A stretch of DNA of 64,000 bases from positions 271,223-335,222 of the IMG/VR virus record IMGVR_UViG_3300000976_000008. One strand, written 5' to 3'. Shown here one piece after another: positions 18,613 to 28,400 of the stretch. This DNA comes from a virus (taxonomy: Duplodnaviria > Heunggongvirae > Uroviricota > Caudoviricetes). Numbering within the stretch: position 1 is the first letter of the stretch; each line of letters opens with the position of its first letter. The notes below the pieces were generated by a model. It did not search any database and was not told where the DNA came from. It saw only the letters and a list, made by a program, of their open reading frames with translations. Made by a program: the position numbers and the translations under genes.

Positions 18613-18662
18613 TGCTCTCTATCAGAGTGAATTTGTTTAAAATAATCTGCAGATCAAGACAA

Positions 18663-18711
18663 GCGGGATTACAAAAAGGCCAAAAAGATTTAGGGTTTTT
18701 TGTAATCCCGC
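18663..18711. terminator. intergenic hairpin / probable terminator
   Basis: GCGGGATTACAAAAA ... TTTTTGTAATCCCGC inverted repeat. Confidence 0.6.
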
Positions 18712-18722
18712 AATGTTCACAT

Positions 18723-19106
18723 TTAATTTGATCTGATTTCATCCACAGTGCCGATTAACCAAGCATTCGCCAATTGGTTAATTTCTATTTCTATGTCTTC
18801 TATCTCGTCCATCAATTTGATACCTTCATCAGGTTTATCGATTTTTCCGAGATCACATCTTGTTTTCCACAACTCCATCTTGATTTGAGCGTGAGTGTAA
18901 ACCTTCGATTGGGGATGCTCTTTAAACATCCGATGCCAATCTTTCCTGCAATTAAAGCAGATCCAGCAAACAACTCCAAATGCTAGATGTACTTCCGCGA
19001 GCATTGGTTCTGGCCTCTCCATATTATCGCCATCACCACACCGTTCACAACACCTAATAGGTCTTTGTTTGAAATTATTACCATCATCGTACTCATCGTC
19101 GAACAT
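18723..19106 (-). CDS. Zn-finger plus coiled-coil hypothetical protein
   Basis: CERC...CFNC; GGAG SD. Confidence 0.7.
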   Translation of the reverse strand: MFDDEYDDGNNFKQRPIRCCERCGDGDNMERPEPMLAEVHLAFGVVCWICFNCRKDWHRMFKEHPQSKVYTHAQIKMELWKTRCDLGKIDKPDEGIKLMDEIEDIEIEINQLANAWLIGTVDEIRSN

Positions 19107-19190
19107 CGTATCTCCGCATCAGAAGTGTCTTTTCTCTAAATACGAAGCGAGCCAGGCTTGATATTATTACCTGGCTCGCTGAATAGCATC

Positions 19191-19340
19191 GTCCCCCGTC
19201 ATCACTACTCCCTTGGGTCCTCTTATAGTGAGGATGGAGGGGAGTAATTCAAGGGGACAATAAGATTACCCCCGTCATCACCCTGCGACTCATGTTGTTT
19301 CTCTTTCGCAATGGAGGCATGGACGCAGGATTCAGGGGGT
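19191..19340 (-). ncRNA. two tandem kink-turn hairpins
   Basis: units 19268-19340 and 19191-19258, each CCCCY-UGA-A...stem...U-GAU-GAC-GGGGG with covarying upper stems. Confidence 0.7.
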
Positions 19341-19343
19341 GTT

Positions 19344-20033
19344 TCAATTCGTATTTAGTATCCTCACTGGTACAGGGATTTTGAATTCAGTAATACCGTT
19401 ATTAATCGTTACATCACTTTTCCAAGGGATGAAAAACGGCATATATGAAAAAGGATTAGTATTTGAAATCTTAACTGGCAGGTGGAGCGAATAAGGATCG
19501 TCCAAGTTATGCTGCCAATGTCCGAACTTACCAAGATCAACACTTGTCACGTAAAAGCCGCCAGTTTCATCTTCCCAATTATCAGGGATAACAAAACGCT
19601 CATAGGCGAACTGCATGTTTACTACAGGGCCTTCTAAAGCCTCGCGTGTCTCGCGGAAAAAGAGACTGAATTCGATTTTTTGCAGCTTGGCTGATTTGTA
19701 TTCTAAGCAACCTTGAAATTCAATCCGAATTGGCTTTTCTTCATCCCTATCAGCAACGTTTGATTTTCCACGCAATCGCCGCTGCTTCTTCCGCAATGTA
19801 ATCTGTTTGTACGTGATCCTTTGGTGGTCTTCGGCACCGAAAACTCTTGTCGTCTGTTCAATGCCACCATCGAGAAGTGATATAACCTTAATATCTGGAT
19901 GTAGACGATTAGGATCTACTTCGTCATCTTTAACGATCGAGAAGATTGGTTCGCCAGGAGGGAACTTCTCGTCGTAATCGTCACCACCGCGTAGATCGAT
20001 GCTCGTTTCTCGACGATCTGATGAATCAGCCAT
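19344..20033 (-). CDS. hypothetical protein
   Basis: 229 aa ORF ending in TGA 3 nt before a k-turn hairpin. Confidence 0.7.
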   Translation of the reverse strand: MADSSDRRETSIDLRGGDDYDEKFPPGEPIFSIVKDDEVDPNRLHPDIKVISLLDGGIEQTTRVFGAEDHQRITYKQITLRKKQRRLRGKSNVADRDEEKPIRIEFQGCLEYKSAKLQKIEFSLFFRETREALEGPVVNMQFAYERFVIPDNWEDETGGFYVTSVDLGKFGHWQHNLDDPYSLHLPVKISNTNPFSYMPFFIPWKSDVTINNGITEFKIPVPVRILNTN

Positions 20034-20439
20034 TTGTATCGAGTTCCGGATGTTTATTAAGAAGCTTGACTATAAGTCTCTGGGCTTCTGGTGAGGGATC
20101 TTCAACATTCATCAGGCCATTTATCATAGCTTCCGCCCCTGAATCAAATACAGGAACGTCACTCTTAGACATATCCAAAACAGATGGGTCTAAATGGCCT
20201 CGTGAGAAAGCCAACCGTAAAGCTAGCAAATTGTCGCGGTCGTGGGTGTCAAACCATCCTCTACAGATGGTATTCTCTCGATCATCGTCGTGGCAAAGGA
20301 AAACGCCCATCGGCTGGGCGAACGTTTCAGCATCGTACCTTTCGAGTTTGAAGTATTCTGATTCATGCCAGACTCCTGAGGGACAATCTTTGCGGTAGGG
20401 GCATCCTCCACAAGGCCGATTTTTGACCGTATTAGGCAT
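20026..20439 (-). CDS. DUF6283-like Cys-rich protein
   Basis: PCGGCPYRKDCPSGVW...FLCH...ICRGW. Confidence 0.7.
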   Translation of the reverse strand: MPNTVKNRPCGGCPYRKDCPSGVWHESEYFKLERYDAETFAQPMGVFLCHDDDRENTICRGWFDTHDRDNLLALRLAFSRGHLDPSVLDMSKSDVPVFDSGAEAMINGLMNVEDPSPEAQRLIVKLLNKHPELDTNG

Positions 20440-20443
20440 TTGC

Positions 20444-20941
20444 TCAGTCTACCGCCAGGCTTGGATATCGCAATTCTGCGAAGACCAAAACACGAAATAG
20501 AACCGTCGAAAAAATGAGACTGCTTACGAAAGTGTTCTTAAAGAACGGAATCGCCAGCACATAACAACTCACTAGACCGTCGAAAGAACGTTCGTAGAAC
20601 ATTAACCAACAGACGAAATTCGTGAATAAGAAGAAGACGACTGAACTGACGGTTGAAGCCAGAATCAAGTTTCCAAACGTGGCTTTTTTCTGCAACTGCC
20701 AACCCAAGTAAACTGTGACCATGAAACACAGATAAACCGCTGGCATCATAATATGAGTGCCAATGATTAGATCGCTAATCCCCATAATCAAAAGTGGAAT
20801 GTAGACTGATTCCTTTTTACCGAGAGCAAATCCCCCGAATAATGCGATAGCACAAACAGGAGTAAAATTCGGCGGATGCGGCAGCAGTCTCAAAAGAACT
20901 GCCACCGCGATCAAGGAAGAAACAAACAACAAGCGATTCAT
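20444..20941 (-). CDS. DUF6580-family putative (ECF S-component-like) vitamin transporter
   Basis: RLLPHPPNFTPV.AIALFGG...SD...SSVVFFLFTNF...CY..AIPFFKN. Confidence 0.8.
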   Translation of the reverse strand: MNRLLFVSSLIAVAVLLRLLPHPPNFTPVCAIALFGGFALGKKESVYIPLLIMGISDLIIGTHIMMPAVYLCFMVTVYLGWQLQKKATFGNLILASTVSSVVFFLFTNFVCWLMFYERSFDGLVSCYVLAIPFFKNTFVSSLIFSTVLFRVLVFAELRYPSLAVD

Positions 20942-20997
20942 GGGGATTCTGCCATCAGGAGTCGAACAAGGGGTCGAACAAGGTATTTTCGACTGAA

Positions 20998-21381
20998 CTA
21001 CGCCGTAAACTTGGCGATCAATCCGACCACCATGAGGATGAATGACCCGATTCCAAACAGGTAACAAATCACAGGAATGATCATCCGTTTCAGGAAGCCA
21101 CCGCCTGTGTTCGCAACACCCTTGCCGAATTGGTCAAACATCGCTTCTGTGTCCAAGGTCGGCGAACCAGAATCGTCAGATGTGGTTGCAGATCCTACAA
21201 AGTTCTGCATACTTGCGAAAGCTGCCGACCCGCTCTTCTTCATGTTCAGGATTTGGAGAACGATTGCGATTGCAAAGAATACTCCTGAGGCGACGAGGCA
21301 CCAAATCCAATTTGCGGCGAGGAATGTCATGTCTGCTGTGTCCTGTTCTTTTCTTGGTTGAGAATTTCTGGCTTTTGCCAA
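20998..21381 (-). CDS. two-TM membrane protein
   Basis: two hydrophobic segments. Confidence 0.65.
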   Translation of the reverse strand: MAKARNSQPRKEQDTADMTFLAANWIWCLVASGVFFAIAIVLQILNMKKSGSAAFASMQNFVGSATTSDDSGSPTLDTEAMFDQFGKGVANTGGGFLKRMIIPVICYLFGIGSFILMVVGLIAKFTA

Positions 21382-21737
21382 TTACCCTTATTTGTTGCGA
21401 ACAGAAATGACCCGTTAATTTCGACTAAGGTAATTGACCATCGTACAGTATGAATTTCTCACCTGAATCTGTCACTATTGATACAATCAACGATGCTTGG
21501 ACATCATTCCTATTGTTTTCTTTTTTGAACTTTTTCTTGGCTTCTCTAAGACTCTTCTTGAAATCTTTGTCGCCCATGTGCAAAACGTTCTGTTCACCAT
21601 GATCAGACCAGAGAGATTGAAGGAAAATACCAAAGACATAGTTTCCTAAATCGAATTCTCTCTTGAGTTCCTTCAATGCATCCAAAGAAGTTTGGGCGAA
21701 TGCAACGCCTTTATCGATCGATGAACTGATATCATTA

Positions 21738-22064
21738 CTAGAGAAGTCCATTGACGAATACCTCTATTTTGTCGAAGAATTCTGGATCTGAATAATCCAC
21801 GTGAGTGTTTTTTATAATTCTTGTAGCAAGAATTTTTATGTTATCACCCCTACATATGATATTCGCCAAGACGCTTCTATCTTCCATCAGAACGAGGATC
21901 ATTTTAGAATGAGGATCTATCCTACAGTAGAAGGTTTCTGAAGCCCAACCCGCAATTGCCTCAAATGTTTTTGCATCTAGACTTGCTGGGTGAGTATTAA
22001 ACAAATCATTGAGCAATTTAGGGTATGCCCTCTTCATTTTTGGGATTGTAAATCGGTCAAACAT
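21738..22064 (-). CDS. hypothetical protein, family A
   Basis: VDYSDPEFFDKI. Confidence 0.65.
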   Translation of the reverse strand: MFDRFTIPKMKRAYPKLLNDLFNTHPASLDAKTFEAIAGWASETFYCRIDPHSKMILVLMEDRSVLANIICRGDNIKILATRIIKNTHVDYSDPEFFDKIEVFVNGLL

Positions 22065-22589
22065 TCATTTTTCTGATGCACATATTATCAGGAAGATCAA
22101 TATCTGAATCGAAGTGTGGTGATTTTGTTTCTCTCACCAGCACCATAGATCTCGGATTTCCATCTCCGATCTCATAGATGCCTCCTAGTATGAGTGACAC
22201 CATAGGTGCAGTATCGCCATCCTCATTTACTTCAACACATACGTCTCTGGCATTAAATTCATCTAGCACTTCACCACAAATAAGACATCGTTGGACTACA
22301 TAGCTTCCAATTATGACTCTACTTCCAGCCAAATGTGATGTTGCCATTAGTTCAGTTGTCCTGCCTTCATATGTTGAGCTTTTGGTATCTCTTCTTTGCA
22401 GGATTCGCAAGCATGTGCGACTCTACCGCCTGTTTTCAACCATACCCAGTTTTTAGGTAGACCGCGTTGAACTTCTTCAATACGTTCGCATGAGTCACAT
22501 TTAAATCGCTCTACTTTGCCTAGGTAGCTCATATTTTCCCATTAGGAAAGGTCAATCAAAAATAGGGTTCATTTACAGAGAGAACCCGC

Positions 22590-23015
22590 ATGCAAAAAGC
22601 AATATGTAAAAAACATGGAATTTGCGATCATAAATCTCAAGCTAATGGATTTGATCCTAAAGGAAAACGAAGAAAGAATCGTTTACGTTGTGTTCAATGC
22701 TTGCGAGAGAGGCAAAAGAAAGTTTATAGAAAAAAGAAGGAATTTCTTGTAGAGAAACTTGGCGGGAAATGTGCATTATGTGGTTATTTGAAGTGTAATG
22801 GATCATTAGATTTCCATCACATAGATAGAACTACTAAATTTAAAAACATATCACAAATGCTATTAAGAGACAGCTATGAAAAATGTTTGTTAGAAGCAAA
22901 CAAATGCGTCTTATTATGTAGAAATTGTCATGGTGAATTCGAATCTGGACATAACGAAACAGTTAATCAACTAAACGAATTTTTAATCAAGTCCGGGGAG
23001 AATCGAACTCCCTAA
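22590..23015 (+). CDS. HNH homing endonuclease
   Basis: GGKCALCGY...LDFHH...KCVLLCRNCH; 3' end overlaps tRNA-Trp on the opposite strand. Confidence 0.85.
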   Translation: MQKAICKKHGICDHKSQANGFDPKGKRRKNRLRCVQCLRERQKKVYRKKKEFLVEKLGGKCALCGYLKCNGSLDFHHIDRTTKFKNISQMLLRDSYEKCLLEANKCVLLCRNCHGEFESGHNETVNQLNEFLIKSGENRTP

Positions 23016-23061
23016 GCACTAACTTTGGAGGTTAGCCGTCGTACCCACCGACTGCGGACGT
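22988..23061 (-). tRNA. tRNA-Trp(CCA), atypical
   Basis: CTAAC-CTCCAAA-GTTAG; GGGAG-TTCGATT-CTCCC; C2.U71 mismatch and C8. Confidence 0.75.
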
Positions 23062-23070
23062 ATGAAAAAT

Positions 23071-23144
23071 CAAGTCCGGAGAGAATCGAACTCTCTAAGC
23101 ACTAACTTTGGAGATTAGCCGTCGTACCCACCGACTGCGGACGT
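23071..23144 (-). tRNA. tRNA-Trp(CCA), atypical, tandem duplicate
   Basis: near-identical to 22988..23061, with a compensatory T-stem change (GAGAG/CTCTC). Confidence 0.75.
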
Positions 23145-23306
23145 ATGGAACATGGAAGTACCGGTCCACGGAGAATGAGGGTTATGACCTAAGAATCAAC
23201 ACACCATGGACCTGCACAATTAGCGGCAAGGCCAATAATAAAAAGTGTGTTGTGAAATAGAAGTGGTCATTGTAAGGTATGTTTGAACGAAAAGGCTATT
23301 TTTCAT

Positions 23307-23336
23307 TGTTGCGGCACCAAAATCGGTGCCGCAACA
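23307..23336. terminator. hairpin / probable terminator
   Basis: TGTTGCGGCACC/GGTGCCGCAACA downstream of ORF 23352..23918. Confidence 0.6.
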
Positions 23337-23351
23337 CTAATCGTAAGTTAC

Positions 23352-23918
23352 TTACTCGCCCCAATCGCCCCAAATTGGGTACGCTGGAGGCTGCGGGAAC
23401 TCAAGGTCGAATCCGAAGATTTGTAGTTGCATGTAGTAACCTTCGAACGCACTGACAATGCTGCCCCATGTATCACCACAATCTGCTTCCCCCTCGTAGA
23501 ACAGGTCATAGTCGTTGGTAGCGAGAGCCACTTGCATCTTTGAGAGACCACCTACATAACCATTAACTCCGGTTCCGTTGGGCCAGTCACCATCCATCCC
23601 ATTGGAAGCGTGCCAGTGAATCCAGAACAGGTCCTTGATGCGGAATGCTTCGTTCACGATAAATTGACTGACCTGCGACGGGAGCCATTCAAGGTACTCA
23701 GTCGCAACGTCTTCAGTGATACCTTCGAACCAATCACTGGCTGGACCAGAGATATCCTCATCTTGATAGAAGTTCTCCAACTGGTTGAGTCGTGCCATGA
23801 ACTCGAAGCCCATTGGTGGTGGGCCATCTCCACCACCCTCTGGTGGGTAATCTCCATCACCTTGTGCCAGCACAGGCACAGTCAGCAACATCAATAGAAC
23901 CGTAGTCAACGTTCTCAT
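23352..23918 (-). CDS. secreted acidic hypothetical protein
   Basis: signal peptide MRTLTTVLLMLLTVPVLA-QG; GAGG SD. Confidence 0.8.
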   Translation of the reverse strand: MRTLTTVLLMLLTVPVLAQGDGDYPPEGGGDGPPPMGFEFMARLNQLENFYQDEDISGPASDWFEGITEDVATEYLEWLPSQVSQFIVNEAFRIKDLFWIHWHASNGMDGDWPNGTGVNGYVGGLSKMQVALATNDYDLFYEGEADCGDTWGSIVSAFEGYYMQLQIFGFDLEFPQPPAYPIWGDWGE

Positions 23919-23961
23919 CTCAACCTCTTCGATAAAGTGCTCGCCAAAATTGGCAAAAGTA

Positions 23962-23988
23962 AAGCCCGGTTGACAACCAACCGGGCTT
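23962..23988 (-). terminator. rho-independent terminator-like hairpin
   Basis: AAGCCCGGTTG/CAACCGGGCTT followed by a U-rich tract on the minus strand. Confidence 0.6.
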
Positions 23989-24016
23989 ATTGTATCATCT
24001 GTTCTCTTAAGGGTGA

Positions 24017-24601
24017 CTACTCACCCGGTGGTGGCGGCGGCACCGGATTGTCGGGAAGACCAGGCACCTTTAATGTGAAGTCTGGATATTGAGGCGGAGC
24101 AGCCCCAATTCCCATCAAGTCATGAAATTGTTTGCCAGTGCCGTTGGCCGGAATCGCTAAGAATCCACCCTCCCAACGGTCTTCAGCATTCTGAGAGTAA
24201 ATGGCATAGCCGTCAGCCGCTCTCATATATCGTTTTACATCTTTGTCCTTAATCGCCGCGATCATTTCGACGATGCAAAACTTTCGGCCTCGATTTACTT
24301 GATCATGAAAATCTTGCCAGAGCTTCTGGAGTTTGTTCCATTCTCGAAGACGGTTGACAGCGGCGACTTCTTCAGGAGAGCCAGTGCCGTAGTCAGACAT
24401 GATCTTCACTTGGCTCAAATACCAAGCTTTACCAGGTATTCCCAACTCCGTGTAATTCGGAACGTAAGTGTCTCTTAGCCAACGAGTACATTCATCGTAA
24501 TGATCAGTGCAAGCGTTTTGATAATCTCTTGCCTTATCCCAATCATATCCTTGAGCAAGGGTAGGTGCTGACATAAGCACCAACAGAATCAACGATCTCA
24601 T
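24017..24601 (-). CDS. secreted hypothetical protein with Pro-rich tail
   Basis: signal peptide MRSLILLVLMSAPTLA-QG; GAGG SD. Confidence 0.8.
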   Translation of the reverse strand: MRSLILLVLMSAPTLAQGYDWDKARDYQNACTDHYDECTRWLRDTYVPNYTELGIPGKAWYLSQVKIMSDYGTGSPEEVAAVNRLREWNKLQKLWQDFHDQVNRGRKFCIVEMIAAIKDKDVKRYMRAADGYAIYSQNAEDRWEGGFLAIPANGTGKQFHDLMGIGAAPPQYPDFTLKVPGLPDNPVPPPPPGE

Positions 24602-25550
24602 AACAACCTCAATGTACACGGCCACGTTTATCAACCTTAATAGCTTGCCGCCAGAAACTACCAAAGTGTTTCACTCTATTCATAGAGTGTCGGTTTTATG
24701 GGTAATAGTCCCATTCGTGTCGTTCATCAACAAGACGATCTGGTTCATTTTTACCAGTTGTCTTATCTAAGGCATATGAATAGCAAGCCATCTGGCCGTA
24801 CTCACCTTTGTAAGATGAAGCGTCTTTACTGTCTTCACAATAGACAAGAACAGAAGCATCATCAGTTCCTTGACCGTTGCAGGCTCTACCATCGTAGAGG
24901 ATGAATTGGCGATCCGACATTAAACACCTGAAGCCATAGAGCAAGTTGATCGCATTGTGAAAAATCGTTGCTTCTCACCACAATGTGGACATTGCCAAAT
25001 ATGGACACCTGCTGGAAGAACAATCATTGAAGGCGGATTATGCTCTGGGTGCTGGCATCTTACAATCTTTTGTTTTTCATTGTCAATAAATGGCATGAGT
25101 TACCTAGGTGAAGGGACCTAAAACTATCGCCCAGAGGAAGTTCCCATATTCCATGTAAACTTCGTATTTTCTGGACGTTTTCGTCTTCTTATATTCAGAA
25201 TACTTCCAGAGTAGCTTGATGATTCCAATAACAGACCACGCTATTAGACCAACCCACCAGTAATCCGCCATTGCACCCCTCCATAAAGAATCACCATTAG
25301 GACTTTCAGACTATAACTATCTTTAGGTACAAGGTCTGTTCTAGTCCCTCATGCCCTCCAGTTCCCCTAGCTTAACGCATCAATGGGCTAAAGTCTACCT
25401 AAGTGGGATTCCTTATGGTTGAGGTCATCATTCCACTAACTACTCTCTGCATCTTCGAGAGTCATTTACAATGACTCGCTTAACAGGGGCTACAGAAGCT
25501 TGAGCTATTCTGCAGTTTGCCAAGATAGGGAACGACGGGGTGCCCTCAAG

Positions 25551-25637
25551 CGGAAATCATGGGAATCGAACCCACACCGGTTTTATCCGGAACACTTTAG
25601 CAAAGTGTCGCAACAAGCCAATATTTGCCTAATTTCC
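25551..25637 (-). tRNA. tRNA-Ser(GCT)
   Basis: ACACT-TTGCTAA-AGTGT, long variable arm, G73. Confidence 0.85.
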
Positions 25638-26627
25638 ATAGTCCGGGGTAGTCACAAGTTCATCGTCTTCTTGCCTAACGAATCATCACTGATAACTATT
25701 TAAGGGATAATCCACACCCGGATATTCACCTAATTCTTCTCATATAGTACCTGTATGCCCTGCCGATTACTTCTCTGCTGGAATCGATATCATTGTATTT
25801 TTCTTGAAGTCTTCGAAGGATTTCAGGATATTCCAATTTGCTGGAGTTCTCGAATTCTTTGAAAATTTCATCATCTTTGAGGGATCTGTAGCAATCAAGA
25901 TCATCAAGATGCTCACTTGCTAGGAATCTGATCATATCTCTTTTTCTACGAGATACGATCCTAGTTGTTCCTTGTTGTGGCCTCTTAAATTCTTTCATTT
26001 GACGCGGATCGGTGTCGTCCGAAATCCCTCACAAATTTGGTTTCTTGCTTCTTTGAGTGCTTCGATGTAGCTCCAGTAGAAGTGAATTCTGCGACCACCT
26101 TCTGGCCAGAATTCATCTTTCACTTCTCCTGAAAATGTCATTCCGAGACCATCTTCGTGTATGGTAGCTATCTGGAGCAATCGATGATCTGGGCTAACCT
26201 CTGCGAGACTTTTGTGGTGTCGAAGAACATTCTCCAATTCAGCAGTTGTATCTTCTGCAGCACTCGCCATTGATCTTGATCTTCCAAATGACTCGTAAAA
26301 AAGGAATCTCGTGCTTTTATGTTTCGGGCACATTGACATCGCTAGCGTACCGTCTGCTTTTCTTGAGCAGATTTCAGAAATCTTAAGCTCAACAACTTAA
26401 AACCCGTCTTCAATCCGGTCAACCCTCTCACACGAACTTTTCGTGAAGCACGAAATTTACCTTTCCAGAAATCCTCCACTTCGACGACCTCGCCACTGTC
26501 GCACCACAAGGCTCACAACCAAGTCTTCTTTACGGCATTAAAATACGAAGTTTCTTCGGAATCTCCTATTGCGGAACAAAGGCCAATACCTTAACCACAA
26601 CTAACCTAAAAATACATCTCTGAGTAG

Positions 26628-26693
26628 TGTGAGATTTCAGGTTACACTATTCACCAGGATTAGAAGTCCTGAGTGGCCATCTTCAACCTCACA
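26628..26693 (-). ncRNA. hairpin carrying a tRNA-Arg(UCU)-like anticodon arm (pseudo-tRNA)
   Basis: TGTGAGGTT/AATCTCACA terminal stem; CAGGA-CTTCTAA-TCCTG; no D or T arm. Confidence 0.5.
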
Positions 26694-26694
26694 G

Positions 26695-26782
26695 CGGAAA
26701 GGAGGGGAGTCGAACCCCTAAGGCACTGTTAATGCTCGCCGGTTTTCAAAACCGATGCCATCGCCAATTGGCTTGCCCTTCC
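26695..26782 (-). tRNA. tRNA-Ser(TGA)
   Basis: TCGGT-TTTGAAA-ACCGG, long variable arm, G73. Confidence 0.92.
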
Positions 26783-27203
26783 GTTAATCTAAAGTTTCTA
26801 CCTCATCAACTATGTGCATGATTCCATATCGCCAGTCACACATCCCGGTAAGGTCTTCTACTGTGTCTTCTTTGAACTCTCCTTTACTGTTCTCGATGCT
26901 TAAGGCAACGAATGCCTCACATTTTTTCTTGTCTCGATAGAACTTCTCAGTCCAGGTCTTCCCAATTTTGCCACCATCAATACTGATTGTACGAAATCGC
27001 CATAACCTACCCAGATTATGCGTGTCTGCTTCAGCAATCGCTTCCTTGACAAGATTTGAAACATCACATGCACGATTCAGAAGAATTGTGTACTTGAATA
27101 CCTCATCTCCCGTTTGATGAAGCCATTTGTTGATTTTCATCCCAGAGAGATGAATGATCATTTCGTCTCGGCTAGGGATTGGTGGTGATTCATTCATTGT
27201 GAA

Positions 27204-27277
27204 TGCCCTCTCTCGGATTCGAACCGAGGACCTACCGTTTAAAAGACGGTGGCTCTAACCAACTGAGCTAAGAGGGC
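27204..27277 (-). tRNA. tRNA-Lys(TTT)
   Basis: canonical cloverleaf, ACCGT-CTTTTAA-ACGGT. Confidence 0.95.
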
Positions 27278-27797
27278 CTTAGTTTGCCCTCGTATATGCT
27301 ACAAAGGCAAACTAACTACTGGAGGATAGCCAGTGTTTACCTGAGCGTTTCGAATATAGTTGGTTGTGCATCATTATTGAAATCCTAAGAAGCAGACAAC
27401 CGACTACAGAAAGGAGGCACTATGACCCTGCCGGAGCGAATGGGGTAGTAGTTTTTGCCTAATCGGTTGTCTGCTCAAATTTCTCAACTTAAGCCTTCAT
27501 AGCTGATTGCCCGAATGCAGAGCAACTAATCTTCAAGCTTAACGTCGGATGTGGGTCACAATTCTTTATGATACCGTTATTAGTGGCATCAATCATCAGA
27601 ATTATGACGATGCGATCTCGTGGGCACAGAATAAAGTGCTTCACTTAATCGCGATGAGTCTTCAACAAAAAGGTTTCATCACTACCAATTTGTTTGCTGT
27701 TTAGATCTCGTATTGCAATAATAAATGCAATAGTCTTCGACCTATTGGCACCCATCACGAGGGATGGTAATTGTAAAACCAACAGCATGAAAACTAG

Positions 27798-27871
27798 TGG
27801 CGGAGACAAGATTCGAACTTGCGACCTCAAGGTTATGAGCCTTGCGAGCTACCGGACTGCTCCACTCCGCT
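27798..27871 (-). tRNA. tRNA-Met(CAT), initiator-like
   Basis: CAAGG-CTCATAA-CCTTG, A1.C72 mismatch, fMet-type D-arm. Confidence 0.92.
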
Positions 27872-28174
27872 ACACTTTTGACACAAACAATGAACTCAAG
27901 GTTCGTGTCAAAATAAAAGATTTGAGCAAGCATCTAACATTTCAATTATTTATTTATAGATGTCTTGCTCAGGACCGTCTTGACCCTCCGTTCGGGCACA
28001 TGATTTCATTTTCAATTTGCCATACTAATATATATTATATTAATATAGCACCGTCATCACGGAATCGTTAAGACACGCAGTCCAATCTTTAACACTTCAG
28101 CACTTCAGCACTTCAGAAAACTTGCAGTTCATCGATCTCGGACAATTTATCTTTACCCGAAACCTCCCTACCGA

Positions 28175-28372
28175 CTAGGCACTAGCAACGTTTTGTGCCC
28201 TGGGACCTTTATCACCATGTTCAACGTCGAACCTGACAGATTGGCCTTCTTCCAAGACTTCAAATTGACCGTCACAAGCATTAGCATGGAAGAAGATATC
28301 CTTGTCCGATTCAGAGCTAGTAATGAAACCAAACCCCTTCTCATCAATCTTCTTCTTAATCGTTCCTACCAT
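28175..28372 (-). CDS. csp: cold-shock protein (CSD)
   Basis: KGFGFI RNP1, DIFFH RNP2, KGPRAQNV. Confidence 0.95.
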   Translation of the reverse strand: MVGTIKKKIDEKGFGFITSSESDKDIFFHANACDGQFEVLEEGQSVRFDVEHGDKGPRAQNVASA

Positions 28373-28400
28373 CGAATCAAAACACCCTCAAAATGAAAAA

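Noticed and set aside
16218-19340. Selenocysteine system (tRNA-Sec plus SECIS)
   Set aside because: The UCA tRNAs have 7/5 stems and short variable regions. The k-turn bulge lies on the opposite strand to that of a eukaryotic SECIS, and no sel genes are in the window.
26341-26600. Possible further TGA-bridged ORF
   Set aside because: No convincing start or SD upstream of the TGA, and other frames contain TAA/TAG. It looks like a decayed gene.
28093-28116. CACTTCAG x3 microrepeat
   Set aside because: Short intergenic slippage repeat with no supporting context.
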